From positions 10,602,001-10,666,000 of the forward strand of contig CP075493.1 in the NCBI GenBank assembly GCA_021613535.1: DNA of 64,000 nucleotides, in the 5' to 3' direction. Both the position numbers and the translations under genes were made by a program. Numbering within the stretch: the stretch's first letter is position 1; every line of letters starts with the position of its first letter. Below are positions 63,545-64,000 of the stretch, piece after piece. The stretch comes from Adineta vaga (taxonomy: Eukaryota; Animalia; Rotifera). The notes beneath the pieces were generated by a model that did not search any database, was not told where the DNA came from, and saw nothing but the letters and a program-made list of their open reading frames with translations.

Positions 63545-64000
63545 ATTAATAATGATAACAATGATGTTTGATAATAGATGTGCATGCTGCACTTCAAAAG
63601 TGCATCGAATAAAAAAATAATTAATTAGCTATTTTAATTGCTTTTATCTACAAATCAAATATGAGCAGATCTAGTTTAGCATTTTGATTTAAAATTGCAA
63701 CATAATCATATGGATAGTATTCTCATATACCTAATCATGACATTGATAATATTATGTCATCGAACGAAAGTACAAAATTTCAAGGGATTAAATAACTGCA
63801 ACCTTTAAAACTAAAAATATGTTTTTTGCTTATCTATGTAGAACTGATATTCATAAGAAAAACTACTGTTTATCTATATGCAGAATTAAAGATAATTCAA
63901 ATATTTTCAAAATTAAGTACACTTAGTTACCATGCATTGATTGCATGATTGGATTGATTAAAAAACGACACATCTGTTATTTCTACTTTTAGTTTCCGAA

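Overview
AT-rich, gene-dense eukaryotic (animal) DNA with many ~50-60 bp GT-AG introns. The composition, intron size, a degraded F-box/LRR-type remnant and an intronless non-metazoan-type glycoside hydrolase suggest a bdelloid rotifer (inference). Genes reconstructed by hand: 3' end of an MCPH1-like BRCT gene, MS4A-like and claudin-like tetraspan genes, a repeat-containing type I membrane protein, ERICH3 with two PLAT-like domains, a co-oriented minus-strand run GH43 > FAAH2 > HTATSF1 > UBE2M, a secreted protein head-to-head with GH43, a ~9.5 kb type I ferlin, ATP5MK/DAPIT, a class A GPCR, a small membrane protein, RPS15, G-alpha-q, CDK11, a calmodulin-like gene, UBC9, a CAHS-like helical protein, a helical-repeat/coiled-coil/Death/TIR/TIR/CaaX protein, and a tandem GH31 (SI/MGAM-like) gene. 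Top observations: (1) a ferlin isoform system with two homologous first exons, three frame-enforced mutually exclusive C2-loop exons and a dileucine-motif cassette exon; (2) a Death-TIR-TIR protein with a polybasic+CaaX tail and putative catalytic glutamates; (3) a CAHS-like candidate desiccation protein; (4) an operon-like 80 bp FAAH2-HTATSF1 junction with an unpaired splice acceptor; (5) an HGT-type GH43 paired with a secreted protein; (6) two frameshifts at the start of the second GH31 unit. All exon models come from manual reading; no database searches or transcript data were used.
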